From positions 945,983 through 1,009,982 of the forward strand of contig NW_024037060.1 of assembly GCF_015706575.1 (NCBI RefSeq): a stretch of 64,000 bases of DNA, given 5' to 3'. The stretch's first letter is position 1. Every line of letters starts with the position of its first letter. A program made the translations under genes and the position numbers. Shown one piece after another: positions 52,301 through 62,905 of this stretch. This DNA comes from Patiria miniata (Eukaryota). Below the pieces are notes generated by a model. That model worked only from the letters and a program-made list of their open reading frames with translations, did not search any database and had not been told where the DNA came from.

Positions 52301-55300
52301 ACCTCCGTAGTGCCTTCTATCGTGGAAAACAAGTCTTGTGTTGTTTGATCGATTGTAGTTGCTGCTTGTTCAGTGCTTGTTATGACAGTGGAGGCGAGAT
52401 CCTCCGTTGAAGGATCCAGAGTTGTACCAGATTTCTCCGTTGTCTCGAAAACTGTTGTTGCATCTGCTTGAGATGTAGGATACAATGTAGTGCCTTCCTT
52501 CTCTTTTGTAGCTTCAATATTGGTCGTTTGTGCCTCAGTTGTCGGTTCAAGGGTTGATGGAATGAGACTTGTAGCATCCTGATTCGTGGTAGCCACCTCT
52601 GTTGACGCTTCTTTGGATGTTACCGGATTGGCCGAAGTACCAACCTCCGTAGTGCCTCCTGCTGTGGATAACAAGTCTTGTGTTGTTTGATCGATAGTAG
52701 TTGCTGCTTGTAGAGTGCTTGTTATGACAGTGGAGGCGAGATCCTCTGTTGAAGATTCCCGAGTTGTAACATCCGTTGTCTCGAAAACTGTTGTTACAGC
52801 GGCTTGAGATGTTGGATACAATGTAGTGCCTTCCTTCTCTGTTGTAAGTGGAATATTTGTCGTTTGTGCCTCTGTTGTCGGTTCAAGGGTTGATGGAATG
52901 ATACTAGTGGCATCCTGATTCGTGGTAGCCACCTCTGTCGACGCTTCTTTGGATGTTACTGGATTAACCGTAGTACCAACCTCCGTAGTACCTGTGGATA
53001 ACAAGTGTTGTGTTGTTTGATCCATTGTAGTTGCTCCTTGTTCAGTGCTTGTTATGAGAGAGGAGGCGAGATCCTCTGTTGAAGGTTCCAGAGTTGTACC
53101 AGATTTCTCTGTTGTCTCGAAAACAGTTGCTACAACTGCTTTCTCCGTTGTCTCGAAAACAGTTGTTACAACTGAGTGAGATGTAGGATGCATAGTAGTG
53201 TCTACCTTCTCTGTTGAAGGTGGAATATTTGTCGTTTGTGCCTCTGTTGTCGGTTCAAGGGTTGATGGAATGATACTTGTAGCATCCTGATTCGTGGTAG
53301 CCACCTCTGTTGACGCTTCCTTGGATGTTGCCTGATTGGTCGTACTACCAACCTCCGTAGTGGGCTCTATCGTGGATAACAAGTCTTGTGTTGTTTTATC
53401 GATTGTAGTTGTTGCTTGTTCAGTGCTTGTTATGACAGTGGAGGCGAGATCCTCTGTTGAGGATTCCAGAGTTGTAACATCCGTTGTCTCGAAAACAGTT
53501 GTTACAACTGTTTGAGATGTACGATACAATGTATTGTCTTCCTTCTCTGTTGAAGGTGGAATATTTTTCGTTTGTGCCTTTGTTGACGGTTCAAGAGTTG
53601 ACGGAATGATACTCGTAGCATCCTGATTCGTGGTAGCCACTTCTGTTGACGCTTCTTTGGATGTTGCCGGATTGGCCGTAGTACCAACCTCCGTAGTGCC
53701 TTCTATCGTGGATAACAAGTCTAGTGTTGTTTGATCGATTGTAGTTGCTGCTTGTTCAGTGCTTGTTATGACAGTGGAGGCGAGATCCTCCGTTGAAGGC
53801 TCCAGAGTTGTACCAGATTTCTCCGTTGTCTCGAAAACTGTTGTTGCATCTGCTTGAGATGTAGGATACAATGTAGTGTCTTCCTCCTTTGTTGTAGCTG
53901 CAATATTGGTCGTTTGTGCCTCAGTTGTCGGTTCAAGGGTTGATGGAATGAGACTTGTAGCATCCTGATTCGTGGTAGCCACCTCTGTTGACGCTTCTTT
54001 GGATGTTACCGGATTGGCCGTAGTACCAACCTCCGTAGTGCCTTCTATCGTGGATAACAAGTCTTGTGTTGTTTGATCGATAGTAGTTGCTGCTTGTTCA
54101 GTGCTTGTTATGACAGTGGAGGCGAGATCCTCTGTTGAAGATTCCAGAGTTGTAACATCCGTTGTCTCGAAAACAGTTCTTACAGCGGCTTGAGATGTTG
54201 GATACAATGTAGTGCCTTCCTTCTCTGTTGTAAGTCGAATATGTGTCGTTTGTGCCTCTGTTGTCGGTTCCTGGGTTGATGGAATGATACTAGTGGCATC
54301 CTGATTCGTGGTAGCCACCTCTGTCGACGCTTCTTTGGATGTTACTGGATTAACCGTAGTACCAACCTCCGTAGTACCTCCTACTGTGGATAACAAGTCT
54401 TGTGTTGTTTGATCCATTGTAGTTGCTCCTTGTTCAGTGCTTGCTATGAGAGTGGAGGCGAGATCCTCTGTTGAAGGTTCCAGAGTTGTACCAGATTTCT
54501 CTGTTGTCTCGAAGACAGTTGTTACAACTGCTTTCTCCGTTGTCTCGAAAACAGTTGTTACAACTGATTGAGATGTAGGATGCAAGTAGTGTCTTCCTTC
54601 TCTGTTGAAGGTGGAATATTTGTCGTTTGTGCCTCTGTTGTCGGTTCAAGGGTTGATGGAATGAGACTTGTAGCATCCTGATTCGTGGTAGCCACCTCTG
54701 TTGACGCTTCTTTGGATGTTACTGGATTGGCCGTAGTACCAACCTCCGTAGTACCTCCTACTGTGGATAACAAGTTTTTTGTTGTTTGATCCATTGTAGT
54801 TGCTCCTTGTTCAGTGCTTGTTATGAGAGTGGAGGCGAGATCCTCTGTTGAAGGTTCCAGAGTTGTATCAGATTTCTCTGTTGTCTCGAAAACAGTTGTT
54901 ACAACTGCTTTCTCCGTTGTCTCGAAAACAGTTGTTACAACTGAGTGAGATGTAGGATGCATAGTAGTGTCTTCCTTCTCTGTTGAAGGTGGAATATTTG
55001 TCGTTTGTGCCTCTGTTGTCGGCTCAAGGGTTGATGGAATGATACTTGTAGCATCCTGATTCGTGGTAGCCACCTCTGTTGACGCTTCTTTGGATGTTGC
55101 CTGATTGGTCGTACTACCAACCTCCGTAGTGGGCTCTATCGTGGATAACAAGTCTTGTGTTGTTTTATCGATTGTAGTTGCTGCTTGTTCAGTGCTTGTT
55201 ATGACAGTGGAGTCGAGATCCTCTGTTGAGGATTCCAGAGTTGTAACATCCGTTGTCTCGAAAACAGTTGTTACAACTGTTTGAGATGTAGGATACAATG

Positions 55301-57674
55301 TAGTGTCTTCCTTCTCTGTTAAAGGTGGAATATTTGTCGTTTGTGCCTCTGTTGTCGGTTCAAGGGTTGATGGAATGATACTGGTAGCATCCTGATTCGT
55401 GGTAGCCACCTCTGTTGACGCTTCTTTGGATGTTACCAGATTGGCCGTAGTACCAACCTCCGTAGTACCTCCTACTGTGGTTAACAAGTCTTGTGTTGTT
55501 TGATCCATTGTAGTTGCTCCTTGTTCAGTGCTTGTTATGAGAGTGGAGGCGAGATCCTCTGTTGAAGGTTCCAGAGTTGTACCAGATTTCTCTGTTGTCT
55601 CGAAAACAGTTGTTAGAACTGCTTTCTCCGTTGTCTCGAAAACAGTTGTTACAACTGATTGAGATGTAGGATGTAATGTAGTGGCTTCCCTCTCTGTTGA
55701 AGGTAGAATATTTGTCGTTTGTGCCTCTGTTGTCGGCTCAAGGGTTGATGGAATGAGACTCGTAGCATCCTGATTCGTGGTAGCCTCCTCTGTTGACGCT
55801 TCTTTGGATGTTGCCAGATTGGACGTAGTACCAACCTCCGTAGTGCCTCCTACTGTGGATAACAAGTATTGTGTTGTTTGATCGATTGTAGTTGCTCCTT
55901 GTTCAGTGCTTGTTATGACAGTGGAGGCGAGATCTTCTGTTGAAGGTCGAAGAGTTGTAAAATATTTCTCCGTTGTCTCGAAAACAGTTGTGACAACTGC
56001 TTTCTCCGTTGTCTCGAAAACAGTTGTTACAACTGCTTTCTCCGTTGTCTCGAAAACAGTTGTTACAACTGATTGAGATGTAGGATGCAATGTAGTGTCT
56101 TCCTTCTCTGTTGAAGGTGGAATATTTGTCGTTTGTGCCTCTGTTGTCGGCTCAAGGGTTGATGGAATGAGACTTGTGGCATCGTGATTCGTGGTAGCCT
56201 GCTCCGTTGACGCTTCTTTGGATGTTGCCGGATTGGGCGTAGTACCAACCTTCGTAGTGGGCTCTATCGTGGATAACAAGTCTTGTGTTGTTTGATCGAT
56301 TGTAGTTGCTGCTTGTTCAGTGCTTGTTATGACAGTGGAGGCGAGTGCTTCCGTTGAAGGCTCCAGAGTTGTACCAGATTTTTCCGTTGTCTCGAAAACT
56401 GTTGTTGCAACTACTGGAGATGTAGGATACAATGTAGTGCCTTCCTTCTCTGATGTGGGTGGGATATGTGTCGTTTGTGCCTGTGTTGTCGCTTCAAGGG
56501 TTGATGGAATGAGACTTGTAGCATCCTGATTCGTGGTAGCCACCTCTGTTGACGCTTCTTTGGATGTTGCCGGATTGACCGTACTACCAACCTCCGTATT
56601 GGTCTCTATCGTGGATAACAAGTCTTGTGTTGTTTTATCGATTGTAGTTGCTGCTTGTTCAGTGCTTGTTATGACAGTGGAGGCGAGATCCTCTGTTGAA
56701 GATTCCAGAGTTGAAACATCCGTTGTCTCGAAAATTGTTGTTGCAACTGCTTGAGATGTAGGATGCAATGTAGTGTCTTCCTTCTCTGTTGTAAGTGGAA
56801 TATTTGTCGTTTGTGCCTCTGTTGTCGGTTCAAGGGTTGATGGAATGAGACTTGTAGCATCCTGATTCGCGGTAGCCTCATCTGTTGACGCAACTTTGGT
56901 TGTTGCAAAATTGACTGTAGTGCCAACCCCCGTAGTGCCTCCTCCTGTAGATAACAAGTCTTGTGTTGTTTGATCGATTGTCGTGGCCACTTGTTCAGTG
57001 CTTGTTATGACAGTAGAAGCGAGGCCTTCTGTGGAAGACTGTAGAGTTGTACCAGATTTCTCCGTTGTCTCGAAAACTGTTGAAGTTCCTTCCTCGCTCT
57101 TTGAAAGAATAAAAGTTGAGTTCACTGTAATGCCATCCTCTTCATTGCTGATGACCGTAGATGGATTGAGTGTCGAGGAGAACTGCTCCGTTTCAACTGT
57201 CATTGTAGTTGCCACTGCGAGTGTGGTAGTATATTGCGTGGTATCTTCCTCTTCCGTCGTAGCTACACTTTTTGTTGTTGGTACATCTGTAGTTGCCGTG
57301 AGGACAGAGCTTTCTTCATTAAAAATTGTTGCTGATTGTGAAATCCCTGCATCTGTTCTCGAATTACCAGTTCTATCCTGCTGGCTGGTTACCGTTAATA
57401 AACTAATGGGTTTTATTGTGCGATCATCTGGTGTTGATGGATTCACAGAAGTTTCACTTCCTAGCGTTTGAGATGTTAGATCATTTCCCGTCGGAACAGT
57501 GTCATTTTTGTGCAGCGTGGTATCTGTTTGGGTAGTTCTTACGGCTTCCGTTGTTATGTCTGTGATGGTTGTGGTGCCTGAAGTTATGGTTGATGTTGTT
57601 TGAGCATCTGCGAAACTTGATTCTGTCATTGGGTATAGCAAAGATGCCACAGCCAACACTGTCCATATTGACAT
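10331..57674 (-). CDS. Giant central exon of a transmembrane mucin. It encodes the signal peptide, a unique Thr/Ser-rich N-terminus (about 235 aa), about 137 tandem 112/114-aa PTS repeats (consensus TTLESSTEDLASTVITSTEQAATTIDKTTPDLLSTIEPTTEVGSTTNQATSKEASTEVATTNQDATSIIPSTLEPTTEAQTTNIPLTTEKEGTTLYPTSQAAVTTVFETTDV) and a degenerate C-terminal repeat region. It ends at a GTACGT donor at 10330/10329. The frame is interrupted many times between about 23.5 and 54.6 kb.
   Basis: One minus-strand frame stays open for 13.4 kb (10179..23543, 4454 aa), and the same repeat continues through abutting ORFs up to 57791. The codon-level periodicity is 336 bp, with a 342-bp variant. Composition is about 30% Thr and about 10% Ser, with Glu/Ala/Pro also common, as expected for an O-glycosylated mucin domain. 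The N-terminus MSIWTVLAVASLLYPMTESSFA-DAQ has a signal-peptide n/h/c layout and a good Kozak context (ACAATGT). The donor GGTACGTG after ...AATTTGATTG leaves phase 1, which joins in frame to the next exon (G+AT = Asp of LIDECA). Confidence 0.75.
10560..57085 (-). repeat. Coding tandem repeat array with unit 336 bp (112 aa) or 342 bp (114 aa, TEKSG variant). There are about 137 copies spanning about 46.5 kb. Interior copies are more than 95% identical, and copies at both edges are degenerate.
   Basis: The array is directly visible in the sequence. For example, identical alternative-frame ORFs recur at 42668, 43004 and 43340 (336 bp apart) and at 21620 and 21956. Two unit subtypes are interleaved: A with ..STIEPTTEVGSTTNQA..TTVFETTDV and B with ..STAGGTTEVGTTANPV..TTVFETTEKSG. 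Confidence 0.95.
57609..57674 (-). other. Predicted initiator ATG (57672..57674) and 22-aa signal peptide MSIWTVLAVASLLYPMTESSFA.
   Basis: A short polar n-region is followed by a hydrophobic core (TVLAVASLLYP) and small residues before a probable cleavage site (SFA|DAQ). An upstream in-frame ATG at 57789..57791 would put this hydrophobic segment 40 residues into the protein, so the 57672..57674 ATG is preferred. Confidence 0.5.
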
Positions 57675-58504
57675 TGTCGGTTTCCGCGGGGTCACAGACA
57701 AACGTCCGACATTTGGAAGCCTCCTGGAGCATTTTTGGAGGAGATTTGTTTCTTTGATTGGTGACAAACTGAATAAACATTTTCCTAACATGGTTCATTG
57801 GAGTACGATGCGCCTATGTGATTTCTTCCGTCAAATAATCCGTGGGAGGATACTGCAGGCTCCACCCTGTGGAAAATAACAGAATGTGGAAAAAGTTTTA
57901 AAGAAAGTATGTGTCGGTTTAAGTTTATTTTCTCTGAAAGTGAAATAGATATTACAAGTAACACAGAGGCACAAAGCTATAATTGCAGAAATCTTCAGGT
58001 TAAGACCCCTATATTATCAATGACTAAAACATAATGTACAAGACCTACTAGTGACCCCTTTGCTCGCCTGTCCCTCTTTCGTCACATACTAAAGAAATAT
58101 CACCTGAGCAACATTTAAGGAAAACTGTATTTGAAACTTTTCAATTTTCTTGAAAATTTGGTATAGGCATACTGTCTAACTCCGTTAGGGGAAGAAAACG
58201 GGCTCACAAACTGCATTTTGAAAGTTAGCCAAGAATTTTTTTAACTGTAGTCAGACGACAACACTTCGACACTAGAGGGCGCAGCTACGCCATTAATCCT
58301 CTCCGTTTATAGTGCGAAAGTTATCCAAGTTGGTGTATTTCTGACCTCTATTTACTGTGATTATGTACCTATAGTGTCGTCGCAACTGGGCAGAGTATGG
58401 TCCAGTATTAATTATAAATAACGTTCAGTTTTACCAATATTATTTTGTGTCTTGTGTTGTGTCTGGTGTAGGTTTCTTTAAAGGACAAATTAGCGGTATT
58501 AGAG

Positions 58505-58687
58505 AGGTTTCGCATGCAAACGGATACGTTTAATGCGACGGATACGTCATCAGTTATGACGTCGTACGCCACTCACTATCCGCTAAACGTGCAGACGACA
58601 CGCATATCTCGCTCGCTACACGTAAGTAAAAAACGGATACGGATAGCTAAACGTAAGTGTAAGCGTATCCGTTCGCTTGCGAAACCT
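58505..58687. repeat. MITE-like element of about 180 bp with 24-bp inverted termini (AGGTTTCGCATGCAAACGGATACG ... CGTATCCGTTCGCTTGCGAAACCT).
   Basis: The termini at 58505..58528 and 58664..58687 are near-perfect reverse complements. The interior carries its own palindrome (gacgGATACGTCATCAGTTATGACGTCgtacg) with TGACGT half-sites, plus repeated acggatac/gtatccgt motifs. Confidence 0.4.
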
Positions 58688-59776
58688 TCCTAATATTATT
58701 ATTATTACACTTACTATTATACGTGTAATAGTACCATTAAGGAGACACATTATCGTAATTTCTTCGCACGATGGGAGACATCTGTCATTAGAAAGACATT
58801 TTCATGTCTCCCTAATGTCGCAGTCCCCCCCCCCCCTTTAGAGGCAAAATTTTGCTGTCGCAATTAGATTATATTTGTTGCTCGTGGTCTAATTAGTAAA
58901 CACACGAAATTCGTAGAAAAAGGACAGGGCACATTTAAGTTTGAAAAATTTTGTGCACAAAATTTCCCAAATGTCCAATCCAGGGTAATATTTGTTATTT
59001 TTATTATTATTATCATTGTTATAATTATAGTTATTTTCTTTTTGTAATCAAATTCAGTTTTGCTGTTTCGGGTGCAGATAGCGGTGGGTATGGGACAGTC
59101 GCCTCCAGCTGCACCAGCCTCCAGATAAGACACACTCAAGTAGATAAACAAGTGGGGATTGCGTGACCGCCCGTGGTTCACAATTTGTGATAAAGTCAAT
59201 TTGCAGAATATGAAGCGGCAGTCAATGGCGTGGACTCATATCCAACCGTGAAGAATCAAAAGTGTCAAATGTTATCAAGGTTAAACACTGTTGACATTCA
59301 CTCTCTGCATCAAGGGTCCGCTAAGTGTATGTGATTCATTTTGACATCTTTCAAATATTGCATGTGCACCACACCCGTTCTTCGCTTTATCTACTACCTT
59401 TTATTCGCTTCAGTATTAACCTCGTTGCCAAGATACTGTTACTGATTTCTTGATGGAATGTTTACCGCGCTGCACTATGGACTCAGCCATGACGGAGTAT
59501 GGGGTAAATAGTGCTAGGAGACTACTTAACATTGCTCATCCTCATCATCCATCAATACAAAGGGCGCTGTTGATCGCCAAGTTTCATCGAGCTCTCATTG
59601 GATGGAGTTTGTTTTACTTGTGACCCGGGGTCGGCACTTCTTGGTGCACACGGGTTTGCACGGAGTGCACACGCAGTGGTCATGGCGGTGAACTGCCCAC
59701 AATACTTTGCGGGGCCGGCGTTTCCTTCACTTTTTCAAAAGAGTTCAAGAGATCAGTTGCGACATTCGCCATAGAC

Positions 59777-59909
59777 TGTATACGTATAGCAGTCATCTTA
59801 GAGGGCAGTGCCTTTGTTTTACTTGGATATGCATGAGTGAACCTTTTGTGCATTCCGTGTTGCTGAATTGAATAACAGATGATGCCCTCTAAGATGGCCG
59901 CTATACATA
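59777..59909. repeat. Hairpin/inverted-repeat element of about 130 bp with arms of about 25-30 bp (tgtatacgtATAGCAGTCATCTTAGAGGGCAgtg ... gATGCCCTCTAAGATGGCCGCTATacata).
   Basis: Arms at 59786..59810 and 59881..59909 are reverse complements with two or three mismatches, separated by about 70 bp. The element sits immediately beside the MITE at 59956. Confidence 0.4.
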
Positions 59910-59955
59910 AGGTCTATTGAGTACCACTTACAATTGCTCGGTTCGACATAGGAGT

Positions 59956-60493
59956 GCGTAGGCGCACGTGCACTGTTACAACTGATAATGTAGTAACCAA
60001 CCGATAACATGTTATCGTTCCATTTGTCAGTGCTGAAGGTCTTTTTTGAAGAAAAAAAAGTGTAACACGGGTAAACATATTAGTTTTTTAAGTACTTTTT
60101 CTGTACCTTTTTTGTCAACTTTATAACAACTTCACTGCCACACATTATCGAAGTAGTAATCACTTGTATTTAAAGATTGTATTTTTGTTATCAGAGTGTT
60201 TGAATGTTTTTGTGGTATTTTGTTAAGTTAACATGGATGAATTAAAAAGAATTCATTCCTGAACATGTTGTGCTAGCAGTTCAATTCGGATACAGTTATT
60301 TTGTAGTTACATTATCCGTCGACACGTGATACATTATCGGATACAAATTTTACTACACGATCAGTCAATGTTTGCTACGTTATCGGTTAGCGATACAATA
60401 TCGATCAATTTGTGATACATTGTCGGTTGGTGATACGTTATCGGTTGGTTACTACATTATCAGTTGTAACATGCACTGCTTCGCGCACGCATG
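59956..60493. mobile_element. MITE-like non-autonomous DNA transposon of about 540 bp with imperfect terminal inverted repeats of about 55 bp and internal tandem sub-repeats (gatacattatcgg / gatacgttatcgg / gatacaatatcga).
   Basis: The left end is gcgtaggcgcacgtgcactgTTACAACTGATAATGTAGTAACCAACCGATAACatgttatcg. The right end (60434..60493) is its reverse complement, with an identical 34-bp core (GTTATCGGTTGGTTACTACATTATCAGTTGTAAC) and outer ends gcactgcttcgcgcacgc. There is no coding capacity. Confidence 0.55.
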
Positions 60494-62905
60494 ACAAAAA
60501 CTATGCAGATGTTTGGGCACCATACCACCATACAAACTCGTGGTGGCTCTACGCCGTAAGAGCTCAGTGGTTGTAACTTTTGCCGTATTACTTGGATTTC
60601 AATTGAACATTATCGAAATGAAAAAAAAGAAGTCGAACTATAAAATACAGATTTCGTTCTTGTGGAAGCCTCTCATTGCAACAATAATGAAGGCACTTGA
60701 AATTTTGCAGAAGACTATAGTGATGTCATTTTACTAATACAAAAAGAGAGAATTCCTCAGAACGCAAGACGAGCTCTGGGGGAATAAATTGCACTGACTT
60801 GGGAGGTGTTCTTATTGTTATCATTATGCACTTAAGTCTTTGACCTAACACACGAATACAACGGCTTCCCATTTGAACTCGCTTAAGCACAGATGAGAAA
60901 TGGAAGACAATAAACACATTCGTTGGACAAAGGAAGGCTTGCCATTACTATCTCAGATAAACAATCCTTCCAGAGGTCGAACTTTAGAACAAAATTAATC
61001 ACTTTGTTTGAAAAAGGACTCCGTGCGTAGTCACGCTAAAACTGCCATTAAAGTCTCTCTCAGCTTCGTGAATCGCGAAAAGCTATATCAATACATGTAT
61101 TACTAATTCAATTCTCACTGATGTTACAGATTTGTTGGGTTTATAATGTAAGGACACCATTCAGACAACCTCTTGGAAAAAGAATGCGTGGCGATAGTCT
61201 TGACTGAAACCGCAAATTACCAAATCCAAACAGCGAGTGAAACCTCTTTGAAGAACGACATCCATTATTCAAAATAGTTTTTCATCTCAGCCAAATGTAG
61301 CAAAACGAGCTGTCATTGGAATTTTGAAATCAAAGTGTGCGTACTAGACTAGTCGTTCGTTCTTCAGTTTCTATGTTTGAGTTTGTTTAATTCTTTTGAA
61401 ATTCCCACTCTCCATCGGCCCACAACGACCAAAAAAAGAAAGAAAGAGATATGTGGGGAACGACTCAAAACACCTTACCATCTGCTTGTCCTTTTGCCTG
61501 AAAAAAACTTTCAAAGTTGTTGTTGCCGATAATATTCCTAAATTTACAATTCACCAATGAAATTCCCACAGAAAATCCATTCGCGAACGATACTCGATTC
61601 CAGACAAATTCAATATGATCTTATAAAGATTTTTAATTTCTGGCAGGAGCTTCTACATATTACGTGGTGGTCGGTCTTTCTGTCCCGAAAATTGACCAAA
61701 AGTATGGCTTTCCATAATGTGCCATCAGCGTTGCATTTTTCGGCGTCGCATTTTTTCAGCTTTAATAGCAAGGATCGTTTCGATCGATTTCATGCAAGAC
61801 TTCCATGCCAGACTTCTTGCAACACGACCAGAGTTTATTGTGCACTCTCACTTGTTTTTATAATTCGATCGATATTTGCACAGAGGCAAGGTGTCCTGAC
61901 ACTTTTTGTAACACATACCCACGAATGCTCTCACCAAACTTCAAACAATTAATTCTGCTGGTGTCAAATCAAAATTCCTTGAATTCATTCAAATTCTGAC
62001 ATGTATTGTTTTGGAGGATCCAGTAGCCCATACTTTGATAGTATTATTAGTAATGTGAATATTGAGGGGTTTATCAAAACCTGTTAAGAGTTTCCCACAT
62101 TTCCTCAAGAGACTATAGCTGTCGGATGCCACACTCCGAAATGTGTAAGAGAGTGACCCCACCCCCGAAAAATATAATAATTAAATAAATAAAAACTTAA
62201 ATTAAACATAGAAAATTTCTAAAATAAACAGCGCAGTAATTAGTACACATGTTTATTGTGGATGGACTTGGTGAATTTGGGGAAGGTCATCTCATTTGAT
62301 TTGTATGATAGGTCACGTAAAACACACGAATGATGCGTAAATATGCCCTGGCCGAGCAAAGCCTGTATTTCGAGAAGTAGTGTGAAATCCAATTTATTTG
62401 CTCTACTCGCGAAAGGAAGGAATGCATTGAGTGTATAGTCATAGCAGCAGTGATTAAGCGCGCATTGTGTGTAATAAAGCTTAATAAAAACTTTATGACC
62501 CTGACCCTTAAAATTACAGCTAGACTTTGGACGGGCGTGGTCCTAGTTACCTTTGTGCGGAGGGGGCTCGTAAAAGAGAAATAAATGAAGACATTTTTAA
62601 GACTTTTGGGAAGATCTCGAGGGATTCATGAGCACTTTTCTCACAGTGCAGGAGGTGTTTTGATGAACTTGGGGCAAAGCTGAACAGAAACACGATTAAT
62701 TTATTGGCGCTTTGGTGGGAAATCCCAAAGACGATTCTTTGAACCGCCTTCTTTGTTTACTGTTTTCACTTCTATAGTGTTTCGTATTTTTCAGCGGGGC
62801 ACATTATGGACTGTTAGAAATTCTTGCGGATATTTTGTGGAAAGAAGGGGAAGTCCCACATACGTGACTTCGACCTTTCTCCGGCAGCGGATCTGGGGGT
62901 TGGAT

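Noticed and set aside
10560-57085. A CRISPR array or non-coding satellite as the explanation for the tandem repeats.
   Set aside because: The units are 336/342 bp with no spacer/repeat alternation. One frame is open for 13 kb and encodes a coherent low-complexity peptide. The array is bounded by a signal peptide and by spliced EGF/SEA/TM exons, which makes it a eukaryotic coding array.
10312-57471. Dozens of 60-90-aa ORFs on both strands inside the array. Examples are the minus-strand MVVRPIRQHPKKRQQRWLPRIRMLQVSFHQ... and the plus-strand MLVMTVEARSSVEDSRVV....
   Set aside because: They are the other five frames of the same 336-bp repeat, so they recur with the repeat period. They are Arg/Gln- or Val/Ser-rich only because of the Thr/Ser/Glu codons in the true frame. 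The ORF track also translates GTG starts as M, so most are not ATG-initiated.
10179-57791. A bacterial giant serine/threonine-rich adhesin (single ORF, no introns).
   Set aside because: The 3' domains are reached only through GT-AG introns with polypyrimidine tracts, an AATAAA signal follows the stop, and the domain set (cbEGF, SEA, single-pass TM with basic stop-transfer) is metazoan.
57789-57791. The upstream ATG as the true start codon of the mucin.
   Set aside because: It would place the hydrophobic signal segment 40 residues into the protein. The downstream ATG at 57672..57674 gives a canonical N-terminal signal peptide with good Kozak context. The upstream stretch is more likely 5' UTR following the acceptor at about 57868.
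57502-57798. A 98-aa minus-strand ORF (MNHVRKMFIQFVTNQRNK...) overlapping the mucin 5' end.
   Set aside because: It is an alternative frame of the mucin leader/N-terminus, with no independent signals. It is His/Asn/Arg-rich low-complexity sequence produced by reading the Thr-rich region out of frame.
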